This document shows positions 19,700 to 29,872 of a DNA stretch of 64,000 nt, one piece after another. Source of the stretch: Cyanobacteria bacterium P01_A01_bin.123 (GTDB lineage Bacteria; Cyanobacteriota; Cyanobacteriia; Phormidesmidales; Phormidesmidaceae); contig JBCBZT010000036.1 in NCBI GenBank assembly GCA_039815185.1, positions 23,916 through 87,915 on the forward strand, given 5' to 3'. Under the pieces are notes generated by a model. It was not told the DNA's origin. It was given only the letters and a program-made list of their open reading frames with translations, and did no database searches. The translations under genes were made by a program, and so were the position numbers. Every line of letters begins with the position of its first letter. The first letter of the stretch is position 1.

Positions 19700-20698
19700 A
19701 TGTCTTCAATCAGTATTTCAATTGTGCTTCCTGTCTACAATGGCGGAGAGATATTTCGAGCAAGCTTAGCTAGCATCCGGCAAAGCCTGCGACCTCCCGA
19801 CGAGATCATTGTGGTATCTGACGGTGACACGGACGGCTCTTGGCGCGTAGCCGAAGAATTTGGCGCGAAGGTATTGCGGTTAGACGGCCCAAATGGCCCT
19901 GCCCGTGCCAGAAATGTCGGTGCACAAGCAGCTGGGGGGGACATCTTGTTTTTCATGGATGCGGATGTCACGCTCCATGCCGACACATTGAGTTTAATTG
20001 AGCAGCGGTTTCAGCAACAGCTAGACCTAGCAGCACTGATTGGCTCCTATGATGATGCGCCGGGGGCCAGTAACTTTCTCTCGCAGTACAAGAACCTATT
20101 TCATCACTACACCCATCAGGAAGCTTCTGAAGTTGCATTCACCTTCTGGGGAGCGTGTGGGGCGATTCGTAGGTCAGTGTTTCAGGCGGTTGATGGGTTT
20201 GATGAGGGCTATCGGAAGCCCTGTATTGAGGATATTGAGTTGGGCTATCGGCTCAAACGGGCTGGTTACACTATCCAGCTATGCAAAGATATTCAGGTAA
20301 AACATTTGAAGCGTTGGGAGCCATTGTCTTTGCTAAGGGCAGAAATTTTTTACAGAGCCCTACCTTGGATAGATCTGATTCTGCGCGATCGCCGCTTGGA
20401 TGCTGACCTCAACCTAAACAATACCAGCCGGATTAGCGTCGCATTTGTTTTTGCCCTACTTGGGAGTTTAGCCGTTAGTCTTTTCCTGCCGCAGATATTG
20501 TGGGCCCCTGCCGCCTTGGCAGTGGGGTTAGTGGTGATCAATTGGGATGTTTATCGTTTTTTCTACCAGAAGCGGGGGCTGTGGTTTACGTTGCGCGTCA
20601 TTCCCTGGCACTGGCTCTACTTCTTATATGGGGGAGCGGCCTTTGTCTACGGCACGCTGAAGTATTCCCTGGTACAGCTATTTGAGCCTGGAGTTTAA
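19700..20698 (+). CDS. glycosyltransferase family 2
   Basis: SIVLPVYN, GPARARN, FMDAD, IEDIELGYRL. Confidence 0.92.
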   Translation: MSSISISIVLPVYNGGEIFRASLASIRQSLRPPDEIIVVSDGDTDGSWRVAEEFGAKVLRLDGPNGPARARNVGAQAAGGDILFFMDADVTLHADTLSLIEQRFQQQLDLAALIGSYDDAPGASNFLSQYKNLFHHYTHQEASEVAFTFWGACGAIRRSVFQAVDGFDEGYRKPCIEDIELGYRLKRAGYTIQLCKDIQVKHLKRWEPLSLLRAEIFYRALPWIDLILRDRRLDADLNLNNTSRISVAFVFALLGSLAVSLFLPQILWAPAALAVGLVVINWDVYRFFYQKRGLWFTLRVIPWHWLYFLYGGAAFVYGTLKYSLVQLFEPGV

Positions 20699-20775
20699 GT
20701 TAATTCTAGCGCCCGCAGATCGAGATAGTGCACAACCTTAAAGCTACAAAAATTATCAATTGCTGGAGTCAATAA

Positions 20776-22269
20776 ATGAAGAATTCCCATCCTGTAGTGA
20801 TTATTGGTGGTGGGCCGGCTGGCCTCACAACGGGATACGAGTTGATGAAACATGGTGTTAACTCAATCATTCTAGAAAAAGCTGATAAAGTTGGCGGTAT
20901 TTCTCGCACAGAAACTTACAAAGGCTATCGATTTGATATTGGCGGTCATCGCTTTTTTACAAAGGTCAGCGAGGTTCAGCGAGTTTGGCAGGAGATTTTG
21001 GCGGACGACTTTATCCAGGTTCCTCGATTGTCGCGCATCTACTATGATGGCAAGTTTTATGACTACCCCATTTCAGTCGTTAAGACGCTTCGAAACATCG
21101 GGCTAATCCAAAGTACTCAGGTCATTATTAGTTATCTAAAGGCAAAGCTACACAAACGATTAAACCCTCAATTTGAACCTGAAACCTTTGAAGAATGGGT
21201 CACTGATTGCTTTGGAGAACGACTTTATCGAATCTTTTTCAAAACTTATACCGAGAAAGTTTGGGGGATTCCATGCAGTCAAATTCGAGCCGATTGGGCC
21301 GCCCAGCGAATTCAAAATATGTCTTTAAAGCAAGTCTTGATCAATGCCCTGTTTGGGAGCCAAAACGCCAAGAGCCTGATCAAAAAATTTGACTATCCCC
21401 GCCTAGGGCCAGGCATGATGTGGGAACGTTGCCAGGAAATCTTGGAAACGGAAGGCTCTCCCGTTCACCTGAATACAAAAGTCATCAAAGTCGAACGTGA
21501 CGGTACTTGCATCACGAAGGTGCTTGCTCAGCAGGGCGATCGCACCTTTGAATTTGTGGGTGACCAGTTCGTCAATTCTATGCCCTTAGCGTTGCTGGTT
21601 CGTCGTCTTGATCCTTTGCCCCCAGACTATGTTTTGGCTGCAGCTGACGGTCTCAAATACCGCGATTTCCTGATTGTCTCATTGGTGATTAATCGCGATC
21701 ACCTGTTTCCAGATAACTGGCTCTATATCCATAGCCCTAAATTTAAAGTGGGCCGTATCCAAAACTTTAAAAATTGGAGTCCGGCCATGGTGCCCGACGC
21801 CAGCAAAACTTGCTTAGGCATGGAGTATTTTTGCAGCAAAGGGGATCATCTCTGGGAGATGTCAGACAAACAGTTGATTAAACTCGCTTCCCAAGAAATT
21901 GTGCAACTGGATCTAGGCGTTGAAGCCAGCGATGTTGAAGATGGTTGTGTGATCCGTCAGCTTAAAGCTTATCCCGTTTATGACGGTGAATATCGTCGGC
22001 ATCTCCAGGTTTTACAAGACTATGTTGAAACCTTTGACAACTTGCAAACTGTTGGACGCAACGGCATGCACCGTTACAACAATCAGGATCACTCCATGCT
22101 CACAGCTTTGCTGGCGGCTAAGAACATCTTGGGTGAGAACCACGATTTGTGGAATGTAAACGTTGAACGGTCTTATCACGAGAACTTTACCGATGAAGAG
22201 TGGTCGAAGCTTAGGGAGCCCTCTGCACAGTCTGTGACTGATCTAAAACCATTATCCCGTGCTGCTTAA
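20776..22269 (+). CDS. NAD(P)/FAD-dependent oxidoreductase (amine oxidase / UDP-galactopyranose mutase-like)
   Basis: IIGGGPAGLT, DIGGHRFF, GRNGMHRYNNQDHSM. Confidence 0.88.
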   Translation: MKNSHPVVIIGGGPAGLTTGYELMKHGVNSIILEKADKVGGISRTETYKGYRFDIGGHRFFTKVSEVQRVWQEILADDFIQVPRLSRIYYDGKFYDYPISVVKTLRNIGLIQSTQVIISYLKAKLHKRLNPQFEPETFEEWVTDCFGERLYRIFFKTYTEKVWGIPCSQIRADWAAQRIQNMSLKQVLINALFGSQNAKSLIKKFDYPRLGPGMMWERCQEILETEGSPVHLNTKVIKVERDGTCITKVLAQQGDRTFEFVGDQFVNSMPLALLVRRLDPLPPDYVLAAADGLKYRDFLIVSLVINRDHLFPDNWLYIHSPKFKVGRIQNFKNWSPAMVPDASKTCLGMEYFCSKGDHLWEMSDKQLIKLASQEIVQLDLGVEASDVEDGCVIRQLKAYPVYDGEYRRHLQVLQDYVETFDNLQTVGRNGMHRYNNQDHSMLTALLAAKNILGENHDLWNVNVERSYHENFTDEEWSKLREPSAQSVTDLKPLSRAA

Positions 22270-22332
22270 TAGGGTGTCAGTAAAGTGCGGTAGGGGCTAT
22301 TGGAGCAATTAATTTTGAAAGGTGTTCAAGCT

Positions 22333-23466
22333 ATGAACTTGCCAAAAGTTACCATTGTGGTTTCACCACGGGAACGGTTTAGCTATACCCAGACTTCCTT
22401 GGAGAGTATCTATGAACATACCCAAATTCCTTTTGAATTGGTGTATGTGGATGGCTATTCGCCTAAGTCTATCAAAGACTACCTGGCTGCCCAAGCTACG
22501 GAAAAAGGGTTTGAATTGGTTCGAGTCGACCACTTTTTGACGCCAAATCAGGCCCGCAATACTGGTGTGGCCCGAGTGAACACCCAGTATGTGGTGTTTA
22601 TTGACAATGATGTTGTGGTTTCTCCCGGTTGGTTGAAAGCGCTAGTACAGTGTGCTGAAGAAACTGACGCGGCTATTGTCGGACCGTTGACTTGTCAAGA
22701 TGAACCCATTCATGAAACCGTCCATTTTGCCAATGGGGTAGCTCGCATCATCGTTGATGTGAAAGGACAGCGGCGACTGCGTGAAAAAATGTCTCGCCAG
22801 GGGCAGCAAGTGGCTGATACCGTGGCAAAACTCCAACGGACTCAGGCAGAACTGGTCGAATTTCACTGCATGCTGGTGAACATGGCTGTCTTCAAAACAA
22901 TGGGGGCATTAGATGAACGGTTCCTCAACACCAAAGAACATGTTGATCTCTGTCTCGGCGTTGCTGAGGCCGGAGGCAAAATCTATTTTGAGCCCACATC
23001 TGTGATTACCTATGTGCAGGGTATTACTTGGAATTGGGCAGATTTGCATTACTACATGCTGCGCTGGAGTGATGCCTGGGAAAAAGCAAGCTTGGCTCAC
23101 TTGGCACAAAAGTGGAATTTGCCAGAGAGCATTTATTTCACACACAAATACAAAGCGATGGGCTGGCGTCGGAGAAATATGATCCTATCGCCATTATTAG
23201 ATCGTCTAACCTTCGGTCTATTCAAGGGTCGATTGTTTGAGAAGCTGACATTTGGTCTTGTAAGCAGCCGATTCTTGGAAAAGGTGTTGATGTATGGGGT
23301 GTTGGCACCTATCGACCGAGTTGTGAATCGATATCTGAGCGATCGCCATGGGTACAAATGGTTGAATCAGCTTGTATCCGAACCCAACCCCCAGTATGCC
23401 AATCTGTCGGAGGCTTTAAGTAGATCGCTTAACAGCAAAATTGATGAAAATTCTCCTGTTACATGA
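22333..23466 (+). CDS. glycosyltransferase family 2
   Basis: VTIVVSPRE, PNQARN, FIDND, EHVDLC. Confidence 0.88.
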   Translation: MNLPKVTIVVSPRERFSYTQTSLESIYEHTQIPFELVYVDGYSPKSIKDYLAAQATEKGFELVRVDHFLTPNQARNTGVARVNTQYVVFIDNDVVVSPGWLKALVQCAEETDAAIVGPLTCQDEPIHETVHFANGVARIIVDVKGQRRLREKMSRQGQQVADTVAKLQRTQAELVEFHCMLVNMAVFKTMGALDERFLNTKEHVDLCLGVAEAGGKIYFEPTSVITYVQGITWNWADLHYYMLRWSDAWEKASLAHLAQKWNLPESIYFTHKYKAMGWRRRNMILSPLLDRLTFGLFKGRLFEKLTFGLVSSRFLEKVLMYGVLAPIDRVVNRYLSDRHGYKWLNQLVSEPNPQYANLSEALSRSLNSKIDENSPVT

Positions 23467-24673
23467 TTATGGCACTGCAACTGGAGGCGCTGAGTTGCAG
23501 ATCCTGTCGCTGCGCCAGGATTTACTCAATCGCGGTCATCAAGTGCGTTTGCTCTCAAGTCGTGCGATTCCCGTTGAGGGCTATCCTCAGTTGGCTGACC
23601 ACACTTGCTTCGGAGCCAATTCAAAATTGCGGGTGTTGGCTCAAACCGCCAACCCTTCTGCCTATTGGCAACTGTACAGAGTACTGCGCGAGTTTCAGCC
23701 TGATATTGTCCATATCAGAATATTCCTGACACAGCTGTCTCCGCTGATTTTGCCTCTACTGCAGGAAATCCCCTGCATCTATCAAACCGCGCTGTACACG
23801 GCGATTTGTCCTGTCGGCACAAATGTGCTGCCTGACCGTAGTCCCTGTCGCTCTTCTCCGGGGCGAGTGTGCCTCTCGTCAGGCTGTCTCACCTGGAAGG
23901 CTTGGGCGGCGCTCATGCTACAGCAGCACCTTTGGCAACGTTGGCGACCTGCCATTGATCGGATTGTTGCCCTCAGTCACGCCATGAAGGCAGAACTTGA
24001 GCAAGCTGGGCTAGGGCCGATTGAGGTGATTCACAATGGTGTGCCGCAGCGATCGCAGCGACCCCCGCTAACCCATCCACCGACCGTTGCCTATGCGGGT
24101 CGCTTAGTGCCAGAGAAGGGAATCCATGTTTTGATTAAAGCCTTCGCGATCGCGAAGACTCATGCCCCCCAAGCCCGTCTACTGATTGCGGGACAAGGCA
24201 ATGCAGAGAGCGAACTGCGAGCCTTGTCTGCAGAATTAGGCGTCTCTGACAGCATTACTTGGCTGGGGCACCTATCACGCTCAGCGCTAGAGCATCAGTT
24301 TGATCAGGCATGGGTGCAAGTGATGTCGTCTTTGTGGGCCGAACCCTTTGGTAACGTGACCACTGAAGCGATGATGCGCGGCACTGCGGTCATTGCCAGT
24401 GCAGTCGGAGCGCAGCCAGAGATTGTCACACACGAAGAAACTGGCTTTTTGGTTCCGCCAGGGGATGTCGATGCATTAGCCGCCTGCCTAACTCGGCTGT
24501 TACTCAATCAAGAACTGGCAGAAACGATGGGGAATGCTGGCAGGGCACGTGCCCTTGAATCGTTTAGTGAAGATCGTCGAACCGATCAGTTTATCGCGCT
24601 TTATCAGCTTGTCAGAGAGCAATATTCCGCTCGCCCTATGCCCACGTCTTATCCAGAGGTTTCGTCATTATGA
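23444..24673 (+). CDS. glycosyltransferase family 4
   Basis: TGGAE, YAGRLVPEKG, EPFGNVTTEAMMRG. Confidence 0.92.
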   Translation: MKILLLHDYGTATGGAELQILSLRQDLLNRGHQVRLLSSRAIPVEGYPQLADHTCFGANSKLRVLAQTANPSAYWQLYRVLREFQPDIVHIRIFLTQLSPLILPLLQEIPCIYQTALYTAICPVGTNVLPDRSPCRSSPGRVCLSSGCLTWKAWAALMLQQHLWQRWRPAIDRIVALSHAMKAELEQAGLGPIEVIHNGVPQRSQRPPLTHPPTVAYAGRLVPEKGIHVLIKAFAIAKTHAPQARLLIAGQGNAESELRALSAELGVSDSITWLGHLSRSALEHQFDQAWVQVMSSLWAEPFGNVTTEAMMRGTAVIASAVGAQPEIVTHEETGFLVPPGDVDALAACLTRLLLNQELAETMGNAGRARALESFSEDRRTDQFIALYQLVREQYSARPMPTSYPEVSSL

Positions 24674-25602
24674 GTGCTCCTCTGCTCAGCATTATTATTC
24701 CGACCTATAACCGTCCTGAACTGTTATCTAGAGCCGTTAACAGTGCGCTTAGCCAGACGGTAACAAATATTGAAGTTATTGTCGTTGACGATAACTCTAC
24801 ACCAGCGGTGACGTTGCCACCGCAGGAACGACTCAGGGTGGTTCGCATAACGCCTAATCAAGGCGGCTCGGCCGCTCGCAATCAGGGCGCCAAGGCTGCC
24901 CAATCGCGCTGGATCACCTACTTGGATGATGATGATGAATTGATGCCTGACATGGTCGAAAAGGCCATGGCAGCGATCTCAAAAATTCCTCAAGATCTAC
25001 CTAGTCCCGTTGCTGTGCTGTTTGGGCTAGCCGTTGTAAACCCCCAAGGACAGGTGTTAACCACCCACCTACCGCCAACGTTGCCGCGAGGTTCACACTT
25101 TTGTTTAGAAGAAATTCGTCCTGACCAATCGTTTTACTCCAAGCAGACCTTAGTGGTTGAGCGAGAGGTGCTGTTAGGGATGGGCGGATTCGATCCAAGT
25201 TTTACCTCGCGGGTGCATACTGAATTATTTCTACGGCTGAACTCGGTCTGTTCTTTATGGGGAATTCCAGAGGTCACTTATCGTCTATCGACCCATGGCG
25301 GTACCCGGGTCTCTTCAAATTCGCAGCGTCGTCAGCAAAATTTTGAGCGCCTCCTGACTAAGCACCATGCGTTGTTTGCTAACCACTCTTCCAAAAAGTT
25401 TGCAGATTTTGTCTTTAATCATGCCGATATGGTGCAAAGAAGTGGGCAGTATTGGCTGGCAGCAAAAGCCTTGGGACATGCTTTGATCATCCATCCTCTA
25501 CACACAATCTCCCGATTAGGCTCTCCCTATAAGAAGCGGATATTGGGGATATTCTCTTTCCTTAAAAATTACTTTTTTGTCTCTACACAGCCTGGAGCAT
25601 AG
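24670..25602 (+). CDS. glycosyltransferase family 2
   Basis: SIIIPTYNRP, VVDDNS, AARNQG, YLDDDD. Confidence 0.92.
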   Translation: MSAPLLSIIIPTYNRPELLSRAVNSALSQTVTNIEVIVVDDNSTPAVTLPPQERLRVVRITPNQGGSAARNQGAKAAQSRWITYLDDDDELMPDMVEKAMAAISKIPQDLPSPVAVLFGLAVVNPQGQVLTTHLPPTLPRGSHFCLEEIRPDQSFYSKQTLVVEREVLLGMGGFDPSFTSRVHTELFLRLNSVCSLWGIPEVTYRLSTHGGTRVSSNSQRRQQNFERLLTKHHALFANHSSKKFADFVFNHADMVQRSGQYWLAAKALGHALIIHPLHTISRLGSPYKKRILGIFSFLKNYFFVSTQPGA

Positions 25603-25608
25603 TATTTT

Positions 25609-27111
25609 ATGGCCAAATCTGACCGCCACTTTGAAACGACAGCACTACAAGCTAATTTAAATCAGCGTTCACTACAGTCTGGCCTGATTGCTGTGGCGGC
25701 TCAGCCGATTAAGTTCATCATCGGTGTTGGTGGCACCATGGTGTTAGCTCGCCTATTGGTTCCGGCTGATTTTGGACTGTTGGCGATGGTACAGCCGTTG
25801 TTGAGTATTGTCGATAGCCTTAGCAATCTGGGGCTAGAAACTGCCACAATACAGCGCCAAGAATTTAATCCAGAGCAGGCCAGCGCCATATTCTGGCTTT
25901 CCTTAAAAATTAATGCCCTAGTCATTGGCGGGATGATGGTTGCGGGCCCTCTATTGGCCTGGTTTTATGGTCAGCCAGAATTGACGATGATCGTCTTATG
26001 TTTGGCCATCGGTATCACGAGTCTTTGTCTGTCATTTCAGCATTTGTCTTTGTTGAAGCGGCAAATGCAGTTTGAACTTTTGACCACCATTGAAGTGGTT
26101 GCCATGGTGGTCAGTGCAGTGGTGGCGATCGCAGCGGCCTGGCTAGGGTTGGGATACTGGGCATTAGTGTTGCAATTGACTGTCCTTCAAGTCATCAAGG
26201 GCATTGCCTATTGGATTTTTTGCGATTGGCGACCGCACCGCACTGTCAAGTCTTCTCAATTCAAAACGGATCTCCGCTCAACGCTTTCCTATGGAATTCA
26301 TCTCACGGGCTTCCGCTGCATTAGCCGGGTGGGCATGAAGATGGATCGGGTGCTGCTGGGGTACTTTGGCGGTGCTAGTGCGCTGGGGCTCTATTCGATG
26401 GCCTATCAATGGGCTTATTTTCCGTTTTGGCAGATTTATCACCCATTATTTGATGTAGCAGTGTCTAGTTTTAGCCGCAGTTTATCCAACCCAGAACGCT
26501 ACCGAAGCTATTGCCAAAGAGGATTATTACTGATTTTTGCGGTTTGTATGCCAGCCTTGGCTTGCCTGTTTGTCACTGCTCAGTCAGTCATTTTACTGAT
26601 ATTGGGTGAACAATGGCTCGATATCGTACCGATGTTTCGAGTGCTGATTGTGGCGGTCTTTGTGGGGGGAATGTATCGCGTCACGAAGTGGATTTATGTC
26701 TCGGCCGGGCAAACCCAACGTCAGTTTCGCTGGAGCCTGATTCATACCCCCGTGATGATCACTGCGACCGCGATCGGTGTGCAATGGGGAGCCTATGGCG
26801 TTGCCGTGGGTTATACCGTCGGCATGTGTTTGTTGAGCTACCCCGCAGTGGTTTATTGCGTACGGCAAGCGCCGATTACGCTGGGCGATTTTTTAGGGTC
26901 TGTTTGGCGACCTGCGATCGCATCTATTCTATCGGCAATTTTGCTTTATTGCGCTCAATTGCTGATACCGCCAACGAAGATTTTAATCGTTGATTTGTGT
27001 GCTTCAGGTCTGATTTATACCCTCTTTTATATTTGTATTTGGCCAATGTTGCCAGGAGGCTATGCCCAGGGTAGATCTTTTATCTCAGCATTGCTGAGTA
27101 AGCTCCGCTAA
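25609..27111 (+). CDS. Wzx-type polysaccharide flippase (WzxC-like)
   Basis: LARLLVPADFGL, ALGLYSMAY, roughly 12-14 TM helices. Confidence 0.9.
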   Translation: MAKSDRHFETTALQANLNQRSLQSGLIAVAAQPIKFIIGVGGTMVLARLLVPADFGLLAMVQPLLSIVDSLSNLGLETATIQRQEFNPEQASAIFWLSLKINALVIGGMMVAGPLLAWFYGQPELTMIVLCLAIGITSLCLSFQHLSLLKRQMQFELLTTIEVVAMVVSAVVAIAAAWLGLGYWALVLQLTVLQVIKGIAYWIFCDWRPHRTVKSSQFKTDLRSTLSYGIHLTGFRCISRVGMKMDRVLLGYFGGASALGLYSMAYQWAYFPFWQIYHPLFDVAVSSFSRSLSNPERYRSYCQRGLLLIFAVCMPALACLFVTAQSVILLILGEQWLDIVPMFRVLIVAVFVGGMYRVTKWIYVSAGQTQRQFRWSLIHTPVMITATAIGVQWGAYGVAVGYTVGMCLLSYPAVVYCVRQAPITLGDFLGSVWRPAIASILSAILLYCAQLLIPPTKILIVDLCASGLIYTLFYICIWPMLPGGYAQGRSFISALLSKLR

Positions 27112-27313
27112 CTGTGCGCTTAGGTCTGAGTCTTAGCAAGGTAAAGGGCTGATATAACTATCTAAAATTCAGCATTAGTGGCTTGAATGTATGCCAAGAA
27201 ATGTGATTAAGGCCAGTTAGCTTTCACAGTAATCATTCAGGAAATATGGGATTTTTTCAGTAGATTAACGGGAACGTATTGAGTTTACAAGATGTTTTAC
27301 AGGTGGGATTTAT

Positions 27314-28855
27314 ATGCTTATCGATAGTCTTGAGATGGGTGAGCAAACGAAACTGCGGGGGCAGATCGTGGTACTTGGTTCTGGCATCGCAGGCGCTGAG
27401 GTGGCAACCTATCTAGCCCGCCATGGCCGAGAGGTCGTACTTGTGGAAAGCGGACGTGAACAATTCGACCCGTCGATTCAGGCATTAAATGATGTCATCT
27501 TTTTGGGCAAACGCCATCGCGATTTAAATCCAAACTCTTACTACCACCAATATTTGCCACCGGCACTCCGGGGCGTGAGTCGCGTTCGTCAGTTTGGGGG
27601 GACAAGCAACGTCTGGACTGGTAAGTGGAAATACCTGCAGCCGTGGGATTTTGACGGTAGACCTTGGATCGCTGACAGTGGCTGGCCTATTAGCTTTGCG
27701 GATCTGCTTGAACACTACCGTTCTGCAGCGAAAGATTACGGGTTTGGTGATTTAGAGGCAGAGGCCGTGCGTCCTGAGATTATGGCGCTGCGGGCCAAGC
27801 TTGCTACCAGCGGGTTGAAAATCAGCAGCTTCTACTGGGAGCAGACACCCACACGCACAGCAGTGCGCTTTGGTGAAGAAATGCGTCAATCCAAAAATTT
27901 ACAAGTTGTGTTGGGGGCAACCGCCACTGAGTTGCAGCTTGATGCGTCCTGTCAACGGGTAAAGGCCGTAGCTTGTCGCTCGCTTGAGGGTCGAGAGCTG
28001 ATTGTTGAAGGTGATACCGTTGTGCTGGCAACTGGCGCGTTTGAAACGGCACGTCTCCTCCTGGCTTCTGACCGTCAACTCCCAGGGGGGATTGGCAATG
28101 CCCATGATCTCGTGGGGCGCTTCTACACCGATCATCCCAAGCACCACACTGGAAAATTATGGCCAGGCTCCCTGGCTCAAGCGTATGCCCATGAATTGCA
28201 ATATGCGCCCAAGCCCCGTTTCTGCATCTGCTTTGCCCTGGATGATGCGACCCAACAAGATCAAGAACTGCTTGAACATGTTTTGTACCTGCAACCAATC
28301 TACGAAGGGTTAGTGGATCGACTGCAGCGAACTTTGCGAGGTCGTCCGGTTTGCCGAGATGGCAATGGCCCAGTGGTTCACTACCGCGTCAAGTTTGTGA
28401 CTGAACAGGCTCCCCACAAAGACAGCCGGATTAAACTCGGAACAGAACGTGACACCCTTGGCCAACGTAAGCTAGCGGTCGATTGGTGCTTTACGGATCA
28501 CGATCGGCATTCGATGGCGAAGACGCTACAGCTTTTGACGCAGCGATTTGCAGAAGTTGGGTTGGGAACCTTTGACTTTGGGGAGGATCCGCCAAGTTTA
28601 GAAACCATGACTGACGCCGCCCACCAAATGGGTACTACGCGTATGGCCAATAGTCCTGAGGCGGGTGTGGTTGACACCAATTGTCGAGTGTTTGGCACTG
28701 AAAACCTCTATGTCGCAGGTTCGGCCGTGTTTCCGACTGGGCCGTCATATTCACCTACCTTTACCATCTTGGCGTTGGCGCGTCGTCTGGGTCAGCATTT
28801 GCTGCAAGCAACCCCGACACCGCTTGGCAGTTACAGTGAGCTACATCGATTCTGA
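27314..28855 (+). CDS. GMC family oxidoreductase
   Basis: GSGIAG, FGGTSNVW, AHQMGTTRM, NLYVAGSAVFPT, PTFTILALA. Confidence 0.9.
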   Translation: MLIDSLEMGEQTKLRGQIVVLGSGIAGAEVATYLARHGREVVLVESGREQFDPSIQALNDVIFLGKRHRDLNPNSYYHQYLPPALRGVSRVRQFGGTSNVWTGKWKYLQPWDFDGRPWIADSGWPISFADLLEHYRSAAKDYGFGDLEAEAVRPEIMALRAKLATSGLKISSFYWEQTPTRTAVRFGEEMRQSKNLQVVLGATATELQLDASCQRVKAVACRSLEGRELIVEGDTVVLATGAFETARLLLASDRQLPGGIGNAHDLVGRFYTDHPKHHTGKLWPGSLAQAYAHELQYAPKPRFCICFALDDATQQDQELLEHVLYLQPIYEGLVDRLQRTLRGRPVCRDGNGPVVHYRVKFVTEQAPHKDSRIKLGTERDTLGQRKLAVDWCFTDHDRHSMAKTLQLLTQRFAEVGLGTFDFGEDPPSLETMTDAAHQMGTTRMANSPEAGVVDTNCRVFGTENLYVAGSAVFPTGPSYSPTFTILALARRLGQHLLQATPTPLGSYSELHRF

Positions 28856-28924
28856 TAGGACTGTTCTACCGACAGAATTTTTGACGATAATTCGTTGTCG
28901 TGTCAATGATTTGAAGCTTGAACT

Positions 28925-29845
28925 ATGACTCCCCAGAATCTTGAGTTTTCTATTGTTATTCCAACCTATAATCGTCCCGAGCGTCTGCAACAGTGTTTGA
29001 TGAGCATTGGTGTTTTGGACTATCCTCGCGATCGCTTTGAAGTGATTGTGGTAGACGATGGCAGTCAGATGTCTCTGGAGCCAGTTGTTAACCGATTTGA
29101 ATCGCAGTTTTCATTACGCTTGATGCGGCAATCTAATGCTGGCCCTGCAAGCGCTCGTAACGCTGGGGCAGCGGTAGCGCAGGGTCACTATTTGGTGTTC
29201 ACAGACGATGATTGCCAACCCGCTAAAGATTGGTTGACAGCACTGGCAGAAACCCTAGAAAAATGCCCTGATACTTTGGTGGGGGGGCATACGATAAACG
29301 CATTGCCCGAAAATCTTTACTCGACTGCCAGTCAGCTACTGATTGATTACCTCTATGACTATTACAATCAATGCCAGGAAGAGGTAACCTTCTTTGCCTC
29401 TAATAACTTTGCTGTACCCCGGACTCCCTATCAAACAATAGGTGGATTTGACACCAGTTTTCCCCTAGCCGCAGGAGAAGATCGTGAGTTTTGCGATCGC
29501 TGGCGACACCACCAATTTAAAATGTGCTACGCACCCGCGATGCAGATTAATCACACCCATACGCTGACGTTAAAGTCCTTTTGGCGACAGCATTTTAATT
29601 ATGGTCGAGGGGCTTTCTATTTCCACAAAATTCGGAGTCAACGGCAGGCAGAACCCATTAAGGTGGAGCCACTTTCCTTCTATATCAACTTGCTAACCTA
29701 TCCTGGGTTGCAGAGCCTAGGTTGGCGTGCGCCGTTTCTATCAGGCCTTTTCTTACTATCGCAAATTGCTAACGTGGTGGGGTTCTTTTGGGAAAGGTAT
29801 CAACAGACCTCTCTTCCACCGACACCAACCTCCGCGACATCTTAA
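28925..29845 (+). CDS. glycosyltransferase family 2
   Basis: SIVIPTYNRP, GPASARN, FTDDDC, AGEDREF. Confidence 0.92.
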   Translation: MTPQNLEFSIVIPTYNRPERLQQCLMSIGVLDYPRDRFEVIVVDDGSQMSLEPVVNRFESQFSLRLMRQSNAGPASARNAGAAVAQGHYLVFTDDDCQPAKDWLTALAETLEKCPDTLVGGHTINALPENLYSTASQLLIDYLYDYYNQCQEEVTFFASNNFAVPRTPYQTIGGFDTSFPLAAGEDREFCDRWRHHQFKMCYAPAMQINHTHTLTLKSFWRQHFNYGRGAFYFHKIRSQRQAEPIKVEPLSFYINLLTYPGLQSLGWRAPFLSGLFLLSQIANVVGFFWERYQQTSLPPTPTSATS

Positions 29846-29872
29846 CCACCAAGGAGACACCGATTTTGCCAC